Source: Camelus dromedarius
Taxonomy: Eukaryota
Length of the DNA: 64,000 bases
NCBI RefSeq assembly: GCF_036321535.1
Contig: NC_087445.1
Coordinates: 9,240,001-9,304,000 of the forward strand
Reading direction: 5' to 3'
Below the pieces are notes generated by a model. The model saw only the letters and a program-made list of their open reading frames with translations. It did not search any database and had not been told where the DNA came from. Position numbers and translations under genes: made by a program. Numbering within the stretch: position 1 is the stretch's first letter; every line of letters begins with the position of its first letter. This document shows, in pieces, positions 27,831-41,692 of the stretch.

Positions 27831-29769
27831 CAGGAGTGGATGTGGGGGAAGATGACTTATCTCCTGTTTAGGTTTAATCCAAGTAACACAAAAATCCACT
27901 AAAATAAATATGGAACATCTTAATTAGAACACATGGAAAAATACAAGGAAAAGGAGGTGGACCTTGCATTGGTAATTCTAGGCTGTTTCACAGGACAATG
28001 TACTTAGGAAGTTGAACACTAGGAAAGATACAAGAAGTATTCTGTTTTAAGTTTGCTGAGCCATTGAGTTTACTGCTGTACTTTTACTGGTATTTAAATC
28101 AAAATTTAATAGTCATGCTCATGGAGAGATGTTTTGAAATGATAGTTTAGTTTTACGACTTTTTTATTTATGTTAGTAACAGTGACCATTCTCTGCCCTT
28201 TCTGGTAGAAAGATACACATAAATCACCAGGAATAAGGCCTCTGCTCTAAATTGAGCTATTTTTTTTTTTAAGTTGAAGTGAAACTACAGCTTCTTCCCA
28301 CTATCCTTATGATTAAGAGTGTACAATGCTATATTTTTAGTTTTGGTGAGAGACAAATCAGTGGTGGGGCCATCAAAGACATCAGAGCTAAAATGACTAT
28401 GAAAGTTCAATACTGTAACTTTATCAGTGTCTTTTTTGGTATAACCAATGAGCTAGTTCTGAGGAGTGCCTAATTTCCACCTGCTACAGAACACTATTAA
28501 ATTAAAAAAAAATTCATATGTCAGAAGACTTGACCATAAAATCTTAGCAGAGAAGAACTGATTGTGGCTTCCCTTCCTTTGAGGATAAAGTCCTTATTGA
28601 CATGTAGTTGGTTTTTTTTTTTTAAAGAATAGAATATTGTGGGAACAAATCAAAGAGTCATTTCACCATCTTCTACAGTGAAAAAAATTAATAATTTACC
28701 TTTGAATTTACTTTAATGTAATATAGGTTATCTTTCCTTTTTATCCCAGAAATATTTTTTTTCTCTTCAGCCAGATTTCACCTTGGCTCTGCACTTCTGG
28801 TCTCATTCATATTTTTTTAAAAACAGTTCCTAGTATGTCAAGAAGGTATTGATTACAAGGTTAGCATGAAAATCTACAAATTAGAAGCGTGCTGTGTCCT
28901 GTGACAGTGTATTAATACACAGATACATTATAGAGGTGGAGGGTTATTAAGAAAATATATTGGCTGTAAACAAGTGGATTGCACATTAATTGTGATTTTT
29001 TAATTGTCACTAAATCTCCAAATATCTAAATATTGTAGCTCCAGTCATTATTCATTCACTCATTCATTCCTTCATTCAACAAAAATGAATGAGTCCCACC
29101 ATAGGTCAGGCACTGCGTTGGGTATTTGCTTTTTCAATTCTTGTGTTTGGTGTAGTTTCTATAGGATGTTTTCTGCCTGTGTACGAACCCTAAAATGTAT
29201 TAATTTTAATGGAAGAAAAATCATGAAGAGAATCCTGGAAAATGTTCAGAATATGTGCCTATTTAAGTTTTTCTTTGTTTTTAGCATAGGGTAAAGATTA
29301 ATTTTCAGCTTGAAATATCTTAATGTCATTAAATAGCTAAAGACAGAATTTCTGGGTAGGATTTCTGTGATGCACAACATTATGTTGGATGTAAACTTGT
29401 TTTGTGGAAAAAGCTCAAGGGCGGTGTGATCCAGTGCATGGCAACACTGCGTGTTTGGATGTAACTTTCTTCTGTCCGCAACTCCTTTCAGGGAGTTAGT
29501 TGACTCAGAGATCAGCGAGTTTACAGCTTAGGGAACAATGTGTTTATGATTATTTTGCCTTCATCCCATTTGAAGTAGCCAGACAGCAGCGGCCAAAGGA
29601 ACAGATGACTGTTTGATACGGCAACAATTTTATTTACTACCCTGGTTTTGAATATTCTATTATTACCTATTGTTTTCTCCCATGTGAAGATCATCTATTT
29701 TGGGTTATAACTCCATTTCTATTTCCTCATGATGAAAAGCTATTTTTTTCTTCATGTCTATATGATCCA

Positions 29770-30075
29770 TTCTCTTATCTTCTCAGGTGTGTGCTCAAAT
29801 ATTACCTTAGAAGTGAGGTTTTTCTTGGCCATTTTATCTAAAATGGCCGAGATTCCAAGATGGCCCCCGTTCCATCCCTTCCCTGCTTCATTGTTCCAAT
29901 AATGTATGTCTCCATCTGGCAGCCTGTATTAGCTGTCACTGTTGGTCTCCCTCCACTGGAACACAAGCTCGATGAATTCAGAGAAGGGCTTCTCTTTTAT
30001 TGATTCTCTGTGTTTAGCAATAGAACTATGTCTGGCACATAGTAGACACTCATTAAACATCTGTAGGCAACAGAG
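29770..30075 (+). mobile_element. L2a 3' end
   Basis: gctcaaatattacctt, ctccctccactggaacacaagctc, tgtctggcacatagtagacactcattaaacat. Confidence 0.8.
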
Positions 30076-31819
30076 TAAACAGATATCTTTTGAATAAGAA
30101 TCCAGTGTTGTAGCCTACTTTTCTATAGCTTATAAACTCCTTAAAGGCAGAAATATCATCATATTTTAAACTTGATTTCCCATACCCCTAACACACTACC
30201 TTAAATAAAGCTATGCTCAATAAGTTTATGTTTATACATTGATCAAGTAAGTAATTTGATTAAACTCCAGTGTAAAATTCTCAAGTTATGGAGTAACTTC
30301 AATCCAGTGTGACCACAGAGCTGAAAGCCTCTAACTGCGGAATTTGAAATCATCATCTTTCTGGCAGGAAAAAATAATTACATTTTCAAGAGACTTTTTT
30401 CCTACAATCAAATCCCATTCTTCTACCTAGAAGGCATAAATTTGGCATTGGTGTGATGAAAGGGAAGAGAGACAATAAATAAATCATGAGCGTATATAAA
30501 ATAGGATGTTAGGTGCTAAATGCTAGAAGAAGGTGAATCAAGAGAATGGGGTGGGGGTAATTGATGCGGCAGGAGATGAGGATAATGGCTTAGTCTAGAT
30601 GCTAGAGGCGGAGCTGGGGAGTTAAATTAAAAAGCTCCAAACCTTGCGTTCTGTGACTAAAATATTAAGCTCGTAATCATGATTGGTTTAGAGAGTGGCT
30701 GTCAGGACTACGTGGGATAATCTGTGTGTCCAGAGTGTCATCAGGTCTCTGTAACTGTCAAATGCAGCGTGCAGGGCTTACATAAATATGGGGCAGATAG
30801 TCATTATTTTATCAAACTTTTCATTGATGACAGACTTGTGGGTATCTGAATGCGGTGCTGCTCACGTGCCTGAGGGGATCTGTAAGTCATCACAGAATGA
30901 GGCGTCTTCCCTGACTATGGAGGAAAAGTAGATTTGGAAGAACCGTTGAGCTCACATGGTATGTTAGCAGGGGAGCAACTTCTGGCTTTTCCAATACTGC
31001 CCACTGCTGGCTGTTAAAGGCCTTGGGCAATTAACAGGCTGACGGGGCCGTTGGCAGACTGATTGAAATGTCTGGAGTAAGTAAACGCTGTTTTGGCATT
31101 TTTGCTGTTTTTCTTGATACTTTGCTTGGTCTGCGTGTTTAGACCACTTGTACACACAGACGATTACCTATCTTTATAAATGTAATCTCTAGATCACTTC
31201 TGTCAATGAACTGGGAGTTGTTCACTTCAAAATATTAAGCATATATATGTATCTCAATAATGCTGATTTTACTAAACTCATCAAATGGTATTCCAGTTTC
31301 CATCTGTTTCTTTCCTATGAACATCCTTCCATCTGGTCTAAAGCTGTTGGCATTGGGATGAAGAGAACACTATTAGTAACACAGAGATACTTTGATACAC
31401 ATACTGTCACACTATCACACACTTTTTTCCATAACCCTCATTAGGGCTTCATAACACCAGCTAAGGCAGAAACCAACCATAAAGGCTTCGGCCTTCTGTA
31501 CGAATTAGATGTGTTCAAGCTGTCCAAGTGCTGAACCCTATTTGCATTTCTTGTATTTATTACAATACTTAATTATAATTAAATCCTGGAAAAGAAATAT
31601 TTAAATGATAAACAAATACTGCATCAAATTACATATCTATTTAGCACATATTAAGTACTGGGCAGTGTGTTAAGAGGGTGAAGACTTTAGAAAATGTTTA
31701 TAGCTTGACCTCTCTTTTGCAGGCATCTAAAGATAATTTCATTCTGGAAAGTTACATAGAACATGCATTGGATATATTTGTTTAAATAGTGGATCGTGGC
31801 ATCCTCAATGTCAAGAATA

Positions 31820-32134
31820 CAGTCATCCTCAGTGTGCTGGGGGGTTCATTCCAGGACCCCCAAAGATACCAAAATCCAAGGGTGCTCAAGTCCCTTATAT
31901 AAAATGCTGTAATGTTTGCATATAATCGATGGGCATCTTCTTGCATACTTTAAATCATCTCCAGATTGCTTATAATACCCGAGGCAAAGTAAATACTATG
32001 TACATAGTTGCTGGGTGTTGAAAATTCAAGATTTACTTTCTGGAACTTTCTGAAATATTTTATTTCCTCAATAATTCTGATCCCCAATTTGCTGAACCCA
32101 TGGATGTGAAGCCCACGGACATGAGGGTCTACTG
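31820..32134 (+). mobile_element. MER2/MER2B (TcMar-Tigger MITE)
   Basis: TA|cagtc start, ttccaggacccc..gataccaaaatcc..tgctcaagtcccttatataaaat, catactttaaatcatctc; ends in actg. Confidence 0.9.
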
Positions 32135-32524
32135 TGCCTTTGTGGCCCAGTCATCTTAGGTCATGCTGAGAAAGGAGAGAATGTGCAGATTTTGTTGGTA
32201 AGATTGGATGAAAAGTATTCTCTCTTTTTTCTTTATGTAGTGATTTTTGGAAACTTTGTCTAATCCGGTGACAGAGTGACTCTATGATTCTTTTAGTTGG
32301 ATTCCTGTCCTAGTTGCTAAGGAGATTTGTCCTCTCAAAAGTTAGATCTCTTCTTCTCACTTCCCAGTGAACATGCCTTGTCCTGACTTAGGCTGTAGGA
32401 TTTGTTTCTCCATACCTCCAAAACCCCTGTTTCCATGGTCACATTTTTTTTTTCCTGAGAGAGGCCATATCGTGTCCGAAGGACCCAGGGGATTGAATAC
32501 TAGTAGAGGATACAGGGAGACTTG

Positions 32525-32718
32525 AGTGATACTGAAGCCTGGCACTGGGTATCTGAAGCCAGATTCCTGCGTTGAAATTGAGAATCCACCACTAACTGAT
32601 TTATGAACATGATCAAAGTACAAGCAAACCCTTGCCCATCCATTTTTCCCCCTTTTTAAATGAGGGTAATAACATTATTTAGCACATAGGAGTGTTGTGA
32701 TGATTAAATGAGATTATC
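32525..32718 (+). mobile_element. MIR SINE
   Basis: ctgaagccaga head; core aaatgagggtaataaca..gtgttgtgatgattaaatgagatt. Confidence 0.75.
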
Positions 32719-33374
32719 CTGTTCTCTTCCTCCTCTTGCTTCTTCTCTTCCTCCTCCTCCTTCTCCTTCTTGTTATTATTAATGTGGTCTTAGTAAACAC
32801 CTGTAGGAAAATAGGCAACTTGATATTTACAACAGGAGAAACCATAAGTTGTATCCAATTATGCAATCCAAAAATTATATAAACTTACATTCAGCAGTCA
32901 CTCAGAGAACATGAGTCAGAAAAGCTTTGACATGAATGAATCACCAGTCAGGAATGTTTTGCCCCAACACAGTGGGGACAAAGACAAGCGAAATGTTTTT
33001 GACTTTGCATCTCTTCATCATGGCCGTCAATAGCGTATGTACGATAAAAAATAAATAGGATGGTTTTAATGTTAGAGGGTGGTTAGGATCAGCAGGTGAA
33101 ATGCCAAGAGAATGTGGAGCAACACCCTGAAAGCTGAGGGAGGGAGCACTTCTCATTGATGGGATATGAATACACGTTCCAGTTTTACCATGCATCTGTG
33201 TACATTAGTATCAGGTCCACAAGTTGGTATTTTCAAAGTCTTGTTTACTGAATTTAAAGAGATCCAGTTTGTGGAATAAACGTGTTTTCCCAAACATGTT
33301 GCTTAGTGATGCGATGCCTCTCACCAGAACGAAAGGACAGAATGAAGATAAATATCTAAAGATGAAAGAGGATG

Positions 33375-33490
33375 AGAGCAGCACTAAGCTCCAGGAAGAA
33401 GGTAGTTGTGTCTTATTCTTCCTTTGTTTCTAGTACCTAGCACAGTACCTGGAACATAGTAAAAATGCAATAAGTAGTTTGGAATTAATA
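33375..33490 (+). mobile_element. L2 3' tail
   Basis: taagctccaggaag..ctagtacctagcacagtacctggaacatagta. Confidence 0.7.
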
Positions 33491-36400
33491 TATAAATTAG
33501 AGATGGTAAATTCTTTACAATTATTTCTCAGTGCATTAATGCCACGGAGTAACACATTTATTAGAAGATATATATATACACACACACACATATATATATT
33601 TATTCAAATTTTCCACTGCAGATAAAGCTTTAATCATGATATCAATATACCAAGGATACTATTTTTGCATATGTGAAGCTGAAACATTTGTGTTCCTAGT
33701 AACTTACACTTGTTCGTTCCTAGTTGCCTTGATGGTCCCTATTTAAAACCTAAAGGAAGGTAGACATGCATTTTGGGGTTAAAAATAGGGTTTTCAAAGT
33801 GCATGTGTTAGACAAGCATTTTAATCTGCAAAGAACAATTTTTGAAAGTGCAAATAGTACATTCTGAGAGCACCAAGCCTGTATGACTGGAACACAGAAG
33901 TTTTCAACAGACCCTGCAATAGGAAGGCTGACACTATTTTGACCCTAGGAAAGAGGTTAAATCCCCTTCTAAGACTGGAAGGAGGGGCCTAAAGAGAAAG
34001 GGCAGGAATGCAGTGCAGAAGCTGGCTGTCCCCTGCCACCAGCCACCATACCACTGAGTTACCTTGCTCCAAGTGCCCTGACTGGGGGCTGTGAAAAAAG
34101 CCCTTCGGTAGGATAGATGTAGTCTGAGAGACTGATGCCGATGCCCTGCTTAAATATGGGTGTGTGTGTACATATAGATGCATATATCAATCTGCATGTA
34201 TCTACTTATATCTATGTCTATCCACACATGTACACACACACACACATAATTTTCAATTTCTTTTCTTCTCCTTTTCTCTTTCCCTTCTTCTTACTTCTTT
34301 TATTCAAGGTAGCATCTTTGTATCGTTGGTCTATTTCTGGTTCCATTTTGTAAAATTACTCCTCTTGAGAAGTAGCAGGATTTTTCTGGACCAGCTATTT
34401 GAGGGAGGTCCCATGGTAGCAGAATTTCATCTAATGATCTGTTTATTGTGTCTTTTTAATCTTTTTATCTCCCTCAGTAAAGTAAAAAGGGCAGAGTTGG
34501 TAAAAATGCAGTGTGTTCTCTCTGCACTTACACACAGGTAGTTTGCTTTATGCAAAAATTGATTCTTCTGGGTTCTTTCTGGTTCAGTCCTGCTCCATCT
34601 TACATGCTGAATGGAGTCTGTGGAAGTCTTAGCTACAAGCCCTGGCCTGGGGTCCCAGTGGTTAAAAACGAGGAATTGTTGGTTTGTCCAGCAGAGTGTA
34701 CTGCTCGTGTGGGAACCCTGACTTGATGAGATCTGCAATCATCAGCTTCTTTGTTTTTATTCAACTTTCAGTCCTCATTTATTAAACAAAGCCTCATGGA
34801 AATATCAGTTTTGTAGAGGATGCTGTCTCTCAGTCACTGATTCTCTTTGTTGATTTTGTATGGAATCCAGGAGAAAATGAGGTAAATCATGTTCTCTCTT
34901 TGCCATTGCTGTTTAAAAACTGGAATGACGAGACCAAGTTTGAATACAATGATGGGTAAATGCCTTATGAAACCTTTCTTCTTCCTTCTGAAAATGAATA
35001 GGGAGGTGATAAACCAGGAGTGTCCATCTGCAGTAACTCCCCTTACAGTTTTGCTCATCAGTTGAATTATATGTTTTGAGTTCCTGTTATTTTATAATTA
35101 ATAAACACATGTTCAATAAAAGATGGAATGATTGAAAATGCATAACCTGATAACAAGCTCTGTCTTGCCAAGTCAAACAATTCTAACTAGTCGTCCTAGA
35201 TCATGGTTAATTGAGTAATCACACGATCTTCACAAATTGGGCATGACTTCTGCAGATTGTTGAGTTTAACGTTCCTATGTGAGTATCAAAAATCATCTTA
35301 TGACATAATTGATGTATCCACTCTTTCAGGAAACTCTCCTTCACTGAAATCCTGGCTTTTAATCTTGTTTGGGCTTAATATTCTTTTTCCATGAAGAGCA
35401 TTTTTTCCTTTTATTTGCTTAATTGTTACAATATGTATTTTTTAGTTTATCTCCTTTATTCATTTAATAAAATTACTTGAATTCCTATTTCCTGTGTTTT
35501 CTTGTAAAAGCATCCATATGATGCTGTTGCCCTGATCCTCTTCAAAGGAGAAGCTGATCTTACAGTAGTCCCCCCTGGTGGTGGGAGAGGGAGTGAGTGT
35601 CTCCTTGGTGTAGGAGGCATCTCTATGGGTCTTGCATAGGAAATGGGACTGTACTCCATTCAAGGGCGTGGCTCTCTTTTGTCATAATCATCATATTAGA
35701 AATATGAAAAAGCAAATTTGAAAGGGAGGACGGCCACAAAGACGGCAAGGCCAACACACAGCTATGATGAAGCTGGCTCACAGCACAACTCTTGTGACGA
35801 TAACTCACACAGGACACTGGAGGCTTGGGCAAATGCACAGGCTGTTTGAAACCCATCAGTCTTCCTGTCTGAAGAGGTGATTGAGTGACATAGTACAATT
35901 CCTCTTTGTTTGGTGCCCGTAAGTGTCATGATTTGCTCACCTTTCCATAGTATGATGGAAAATGAATGATTCTGCATTTCCTGTCTCCACCTGTCTTTCT
36001 ACATTTCACTCTCTCATTGCTTCTTGTCATTTAACTAATTAGGTAATTATGCTATTCATTTAATATTAATTGGACACCTATCTATTAGGCATAATGTTAG
36101 AGAACAGAAAAGCACATGTTCCTCTACAGTTCATGGTTTTTTGGGAAGAAATACGTATAAGTAAATAATTATAGACTTGATTTTTCAGTGTTGTAATAGC
36201 TACATATACGTGCATCTTATTATAAAACAGCTGGAACACTGTAATCGCCACGCTAGCTGGTGTGGAGTTAGGCATTTGAAGGCTAACTGGAAGGGGATCA
36301 TAGAGTTACGGCTGGAACAATGGCAGCCTGTGGTTGCCTTGGGGGTGTGAGACTTTTCCTTCTGCAAGATCTGAGTAGTAGCCTTGTTGCTGAAATGGCC

Positions 36401-36736
36401 ACAAGCATCTTTCTATCTGAATAGGTCCAAACAACATCAGAATCATCTTACCAGTGTACGAATAACAACATGATAAGATTTGTGAAAATATCATTGTTTT
36501 ATGGACCCAAGAATGGAAATCTTTTTCTATTTTCATCTCTTTTTTTTTTTTCTGATCTGGGAAAACTAGTAAAAGAAAAGAGGTGACAGGAACTATTGTT
36601 GAACAAAATGAAAACTCAAACTGGACACGGAGGACATATTTACCATAAAGACTGATAGTTTTAAAAACAGAAAACAATTGTCACCTTAATTTTAATAAAA
36701 TGCAAGGAATAAAAAGTTAATAAAAACTGGAATGTA

Positions 36737-36860
36737 GCTGGGTAAGGGTACAGCCCAGTGGTAGAGCTCATGCCTAGCTTGCACAAGGTCCTGGGTTCAA
36801 TCCCCAGCCCCTCCATCCAATAAATAAATAAAACTTAGTCCTTTCTCCAGCTCCAAAAAA
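36737..36860 (+). mobile_element. tRNA-derived SINE (Vic-1-like, camelid)
   Basis: A-box-like cagcccagtggtagag, B-box gggttcaatcccc, aataaataaat and an A tail. Flanked by a TSD aaaaa(c/g)tggaatgta at 36722-36736 and 36861-36875. Confidence 0.9.
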
Positions 36861-38347
36861 AAAAAGTGGAATGTAAATGGCAAATAACCATGAGACATAA
36901 TGGTGAATTTAATGACTACTTGGAGAAATGCAAATTTTAAAATGAGACGTAATTTTCTTATTGTAAATATTTTTTTAAACTGGAACATGCCAGACCTGGT
37001 GAGAGAAGCTTGTATATCCTGTATTTGAAAATTAATATTGGTACAATACAAAAAAAATTCATTCAATGTTACTTACAATAGAGAAAAACTAAAAACAACC
37101 TAAACAGTCAACAGTTTTGAAGTGGTTGCATAAGGTAGTATAATATTCTTAACATGATAACTAGAGCTCTCCTTAAGCCATAAAATATTACTATTAATGT
37201 CACATAGAAATCATAAGAAATAAGTCTGAGATGACTACGGCAAACATAGAAAAATCTAAGCAAAAGTATGTGTATCAGAGACTCTAAACATAAAAATAAA
37301 AATTACTTCTTAAGAATTATGATGAAATATTCACAGTAGGTTTTGTTGGGTCTTTGGGTGATGGCTTTATTCATTTAAAGTTTTAATTTTTCCGTGAAAG
37401 GAAATTAAAACTAAAATCAACATATAAGTTCAGAGCTTGTGTCCTGGGTTTGGCACTAAGCCCCTTTATGGGCAGTGAGGATTTCCATTAAGTAGCAGTA
37501 GACATTTGAATGACCCCAGGCGTGACTCTGTGTGCAGTGAAAATGACAGGGAGTCACACGTGGAAAGGCAACAGAATGGGGCTGGCGGGGGCAGTAGGGG
37601 GTTCTTTGCCAACATTTGCCTGCTAGCCTCAGGCTTTCTACTATTCCAAGGAAAGAAGTCGTTCCTCTGCCTGCAGGTAAAAAGGTCAATTTTGAAATGA
37701 AATTAGTCAAGGGCTTGATTTCCGCCTGTGTCTCTGTGACTGGCTTGCCCAGGCCAATTATTTTGTTATGTTCTCACGGAAGCCCTGGGGAACACTGAGC
37801 TCTTCTCTGATTTGAACTGTTTCAGTGAAGGGTTCTTTTCCTTTCTGATTTCTACTAATGTGTCTTTCCCTTCTGCTGCCATCAACTCTTTTACAGTGTC
37901 ACCTTCCCTCTCTTTCTTTTTTAGTAGTAAGCTGTTTTAAAGGTCATGAGAACTTTAAAAGTGAACTGAACATCAGCTGGAGACTTACTGGGATGGGCTA
38001 TCTAGACAAATAAAACCTGCTTCTAGGATACTGGTGGTGAAGTGCACATCTCTTAGTTACTTAAAGGGCTGTTTTAAGATGAATATTAAATAAATTATAT
38101 TCATAGAAGCTTAATTGGGAAGACGGCCATGTCCATTAAATTCCTACGGCCTACCAGCGATGCCCTGGCTTTGCATTTGTGAAGCTTAGCAAACAGAGTT
38201 GTTATTGTCCTTTCATTATTAAAACACATCTGGCTCATGGGTACCAGTCAGAGTTTTATTAAAACACAGAAGCACAAGCGTTTGTGGTTTTGGTTGTGGT
38301 TGTGGTTTTACTTGTTTTTCCAAATGAAATAATTGTTTTAAGAGATA

Positions 38348-38680
38348 TTATTTACAAAACGGAAACAGATTCACAGACATAGAAAAAAAAAAACTTATGA
38401 TTACCAGAGAGGGAAAGGAGAAGGGGAGGGATAAAATTAGGAGATTGGGATTAACAGATGTAAAATAGAGAACCAATAAGTGTCTGCTGTGTAGCACAGG
38501 AAACTTTATTCAGTATCTTGCAATAACCTATAATGGAAAAGAACCTGTAAAAAGAGTAGATTTTATATATATGTGTGTGTGTGTATGTGTATATATATGT
38601 ATGTAAACTGAATCAGTTTTCTGTGCACCTGAAATGAACACAATGTTGTAATTAACTATACTTTAATGCATAAATAAATA
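38348..38680 (+). mobile_element. L1 3' end (artiodactyl-type), 5'-truncated
   Basis: tatttacaaaacggaaacagattcacagacatag, tagcacaggaaac..tcttgcaataacctataatggaaaagaa, internal TA/TG tract, aactatactttaat and an A-rich tail. Confidence 0.88.
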
Positions 38681-40696
38681 TTGCATTTCTACCACATGCT
38701 CAAATGTTATCATTTTGATCAAATCATTTGTTCCTGTGTCATAAAAAGAGACAAACAGTGCAAGGCTCTAACTAGCTTTGTTTGCCTTCAAAGAGCAACT
38801 CAAACTCTTATGCTGCCAGATCTCCAGTAAATACGCTTGCCCTGGAGCAGGTCCCTAGTTCATTACTCCTCCATACTGATCACCAGCTCCAGGGTAGGCA
38901 GAAGGCTTTTTTTCATTTACACTTTTTTCTGGGGCTTGAGGGGACTGAGTGCAAACATCACAACAGTGACAGTGAGAAAGGTGACTTTAATATCTTTACG
39001 TCTCCTGAAAACATTCCTGAAATACCTCTGACCAAGGTCGTTGCAGTAGCATTTCCCGGCTTGGGTCCTGCACGCGGCATGTTAGGGAGTCGGGAGTCTT
39101 CAAAAGGAACCTGGCAGAGCCCGCAGCCAGGGAGCTAGTTGTAGCAGGTGCTTGAAAAGCTGAAAGTTTTTCAATTCGGGCTTTGTTTCTGACCTCACTT
39201 GGCCAGCGTCTCTGTATTTACGTAGCTGAAGTGAGCTGGAGAGAGACTGTTCTGTCGAGGAGGATTTCTTTTATCCAGTATGTCAACCGTGGAGGGAAAG
39301 AAAATACAACTTTCATCTAAGAGTCAGAGTCAGGACCCAGAGGCGATGGTGTCTTCCCAGTTTGCTTCCCTTTTGCCTCCTGTGACTCGTGGAGACACTG
39401 GGTGAACTAACGTGGGTTGTTACTTTCCTCAGAGAGATTCTGTAAATGCCCTTTAATCATTGGCTAGGGTGTGATTCAAGGCATTTACAAAAAAACTGTT
39501 GAACAGAAGGCATAGGGTTTATTCTCATCCTTGCCAAAACAGGCATTTATTTAAACTGGAAGATAGTTCAGTCACAGATTTTTTTTTTTAAAGATGGGGT
39601 GTTACCTGATTCTTTCTAGGAGGAAATATGCTAGTATGAAGTTTGCTTTCTTCCATGAAGATGGACCATCTCTTTCTCTAACTTATGTTCTGCTACTTCC
39701 TGAGGGCAAAAAAGAGAAGGGGGAGCCAGAGTGGTTGTACTGTGGTAAAAGGTAAGGCAGCGTGGAACATTACATGTGGAAGGGTATTAAAAGGCCAGCT
39801 CACCCAGCTCATCATCATGAACGGAGGCACTGAGCATTTAAGTGCTTTGTTCAAGGGCATTGGGGCAGTAGCTGTGGGTTGACATTGTGCTCTCCACAAT
39901 ACTCAGAATCTTCTACTAATGAAATTCTAGACTTCTGGTCCTATTCTTTTTATGACCCCATCCAGGCTACATGGTCATTAAACAAACCTATGCTGGACAA
40001 GCCGTAAATGATATCCCCTGCATTGTGCTTTCTTTAGAAAAAGTCAGCTTTGACCCTTGATTCAGTGTTGAGCAAGGCTATTCCGTGGAAACTCACATTG
40101 CGGTGACATTGGCACAAGGAGACTGTGGGCTGAGATAGAAGTTCCCTTTATGAGCATCAACCCCTTTATCACAGGCAATGTGTTCTACTATTTACTTGAA
40201 ATAGACTGAGTAAGTGTAAATAGCAACACATCTGAAACATGCTTCTGGCTTCCTAATTCTCATATTTATACCAATGTGCTCACAACGAGACATTAAGATA
40301 GTGTTGAGGTGTGGTGCTCTATTTTTACTCTTATATACTTAGTTTGGTAATGTGCCTTAAAAAACTAAAATAGCACTCCGGCTTCAGTATAGGCATTTGA
40401 CTATGAAAAATGGGATGGACATAGCTTACCATTCAGTAGTTAACTGCATGCTTGGCTATGATTTCTTAAAGCCTGTATCAGAGTGCAAATACCACTTAGT
40501 TTTATATTAATGTCTACATTACAATGGTTTTAACACAGGCAAAATAACCTTGTTTTTCACCCAAAATAAATGGTTATTGTCTTACTTACTGTGGATGACT
40601 GAAATGATGGGTGTTGAGGAACTCCACGTTTGATTTGGTAGAGTAACACATATGGCATTGGTTTTCAAAATTTAACCAAATTAAGAGGATGCCATC

Positions 40697-40935
40697 TTTT
40701 TTTCCCTAGTTTCATTGAGATAAGATTGACATACAGCACTATATAAGTTTAACACATGCCACATAATGCTTTTTCTTATATCCATTATGAAATGATTGCA
40801 ATAAGCTTAATAAACATTCATCTCATATCGATATTGATACAAAATGAAAGAAGAAAAAAAATTTTCCCTTGTGATGAGAACTCTTAGGATTTACTCTCTT
40901 AACTTTCACATGTAACTTCTAACTGTATTCACTAA
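40697..40935 (-). mobile_element. L1MA9-like 3' end
   Basis: ttgagataagattgacatacagcact and tgtgatgagaactcttaggatttactctctt are typical of this L1 3'UTR in antisense. Confidence 0.8.
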
Positions 40936-41669
40936 TCACGTACATTTCATAAGATGTCATCTTGAAGATACGTTGTACATGTATTCCACTTCTTCAGAAT
41001 CCCATGCCAGTGAAATTATAGGGCTTAGAAGTGCCAGTGTTACAATCCCCCTTTTAAAGGCCAGCCCTGGATTCACCCTTCTTACAGATTAGCCCTTGTT
41101 CTGTCTACAACCTGCAAGTCAGAGCTTCGCAATGTGAGCGAGTGCATTCTCAGGCTACTCGAGGCTACTAATGGAGTGGAGTGGGGAGGTCACGAGCAGT
41201 AACCTGCTCTCAAAAAGAGCCTGTGGAACAGAGTGCACTTGGCACTGGAAAACCTGCTATGACTGGCTAAAGGGTCCACAATATGTTAGCAGAAATTATT
41301 TCCACTTGCTGTGTTAGCCAAGATCATAGGTAGCTCATGGCATGTGTTCTGCCAGGCAAATGTGTGTGTTTTACATTTAAATAAATAGGGAAATAAATTA
41401 CTTACAGTTCAACCAACGCTGATTAGTGGCATAATCTTTCATGATATGGAACCCAATGAAGAGAAATAGAAAAGGATGGGTGAATTCACAGCAGTTACAA
41501 ATTATTGCTCTAAATCATTTTCTTTTTTAATATTCGATCCCAGGGAGCTTACATATCTGTCACAATCCTGTCAAAAGAGAAAATGGGTGAATTCATGAGT
41601 CAGGATCTGTTTCTATTTATACCTGTTTTATATTTGCTCAACATAATAAAATGTGTCTTTCAACTATCA

Positions 41670-41692
41670 TGTGTGTGTGTGTGTGTGTGTGT
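41670..41692. repeat. (TG)11 microsatellite
   Basis: Perfect dinucleotide run. Confidence 0.95.

Noticed and set aside
30834..30881. 48-nt exon candidate ending in gtaagt
   Set aside because: The acceptor is weak and the peptide unrecognised; expected by chance.
36745..36812. tRNA-like A and B boxes
   Set aside because: This is a SINE head with an A tail and TSD, not a tRNA gene; the same applies at 47860-47925.
41088..41133. Short segment translating to ISPCSVYNLQVRASQ, superficially FN3-like
   Set aside because: Too short, and no partner exons support an FN3 domain.
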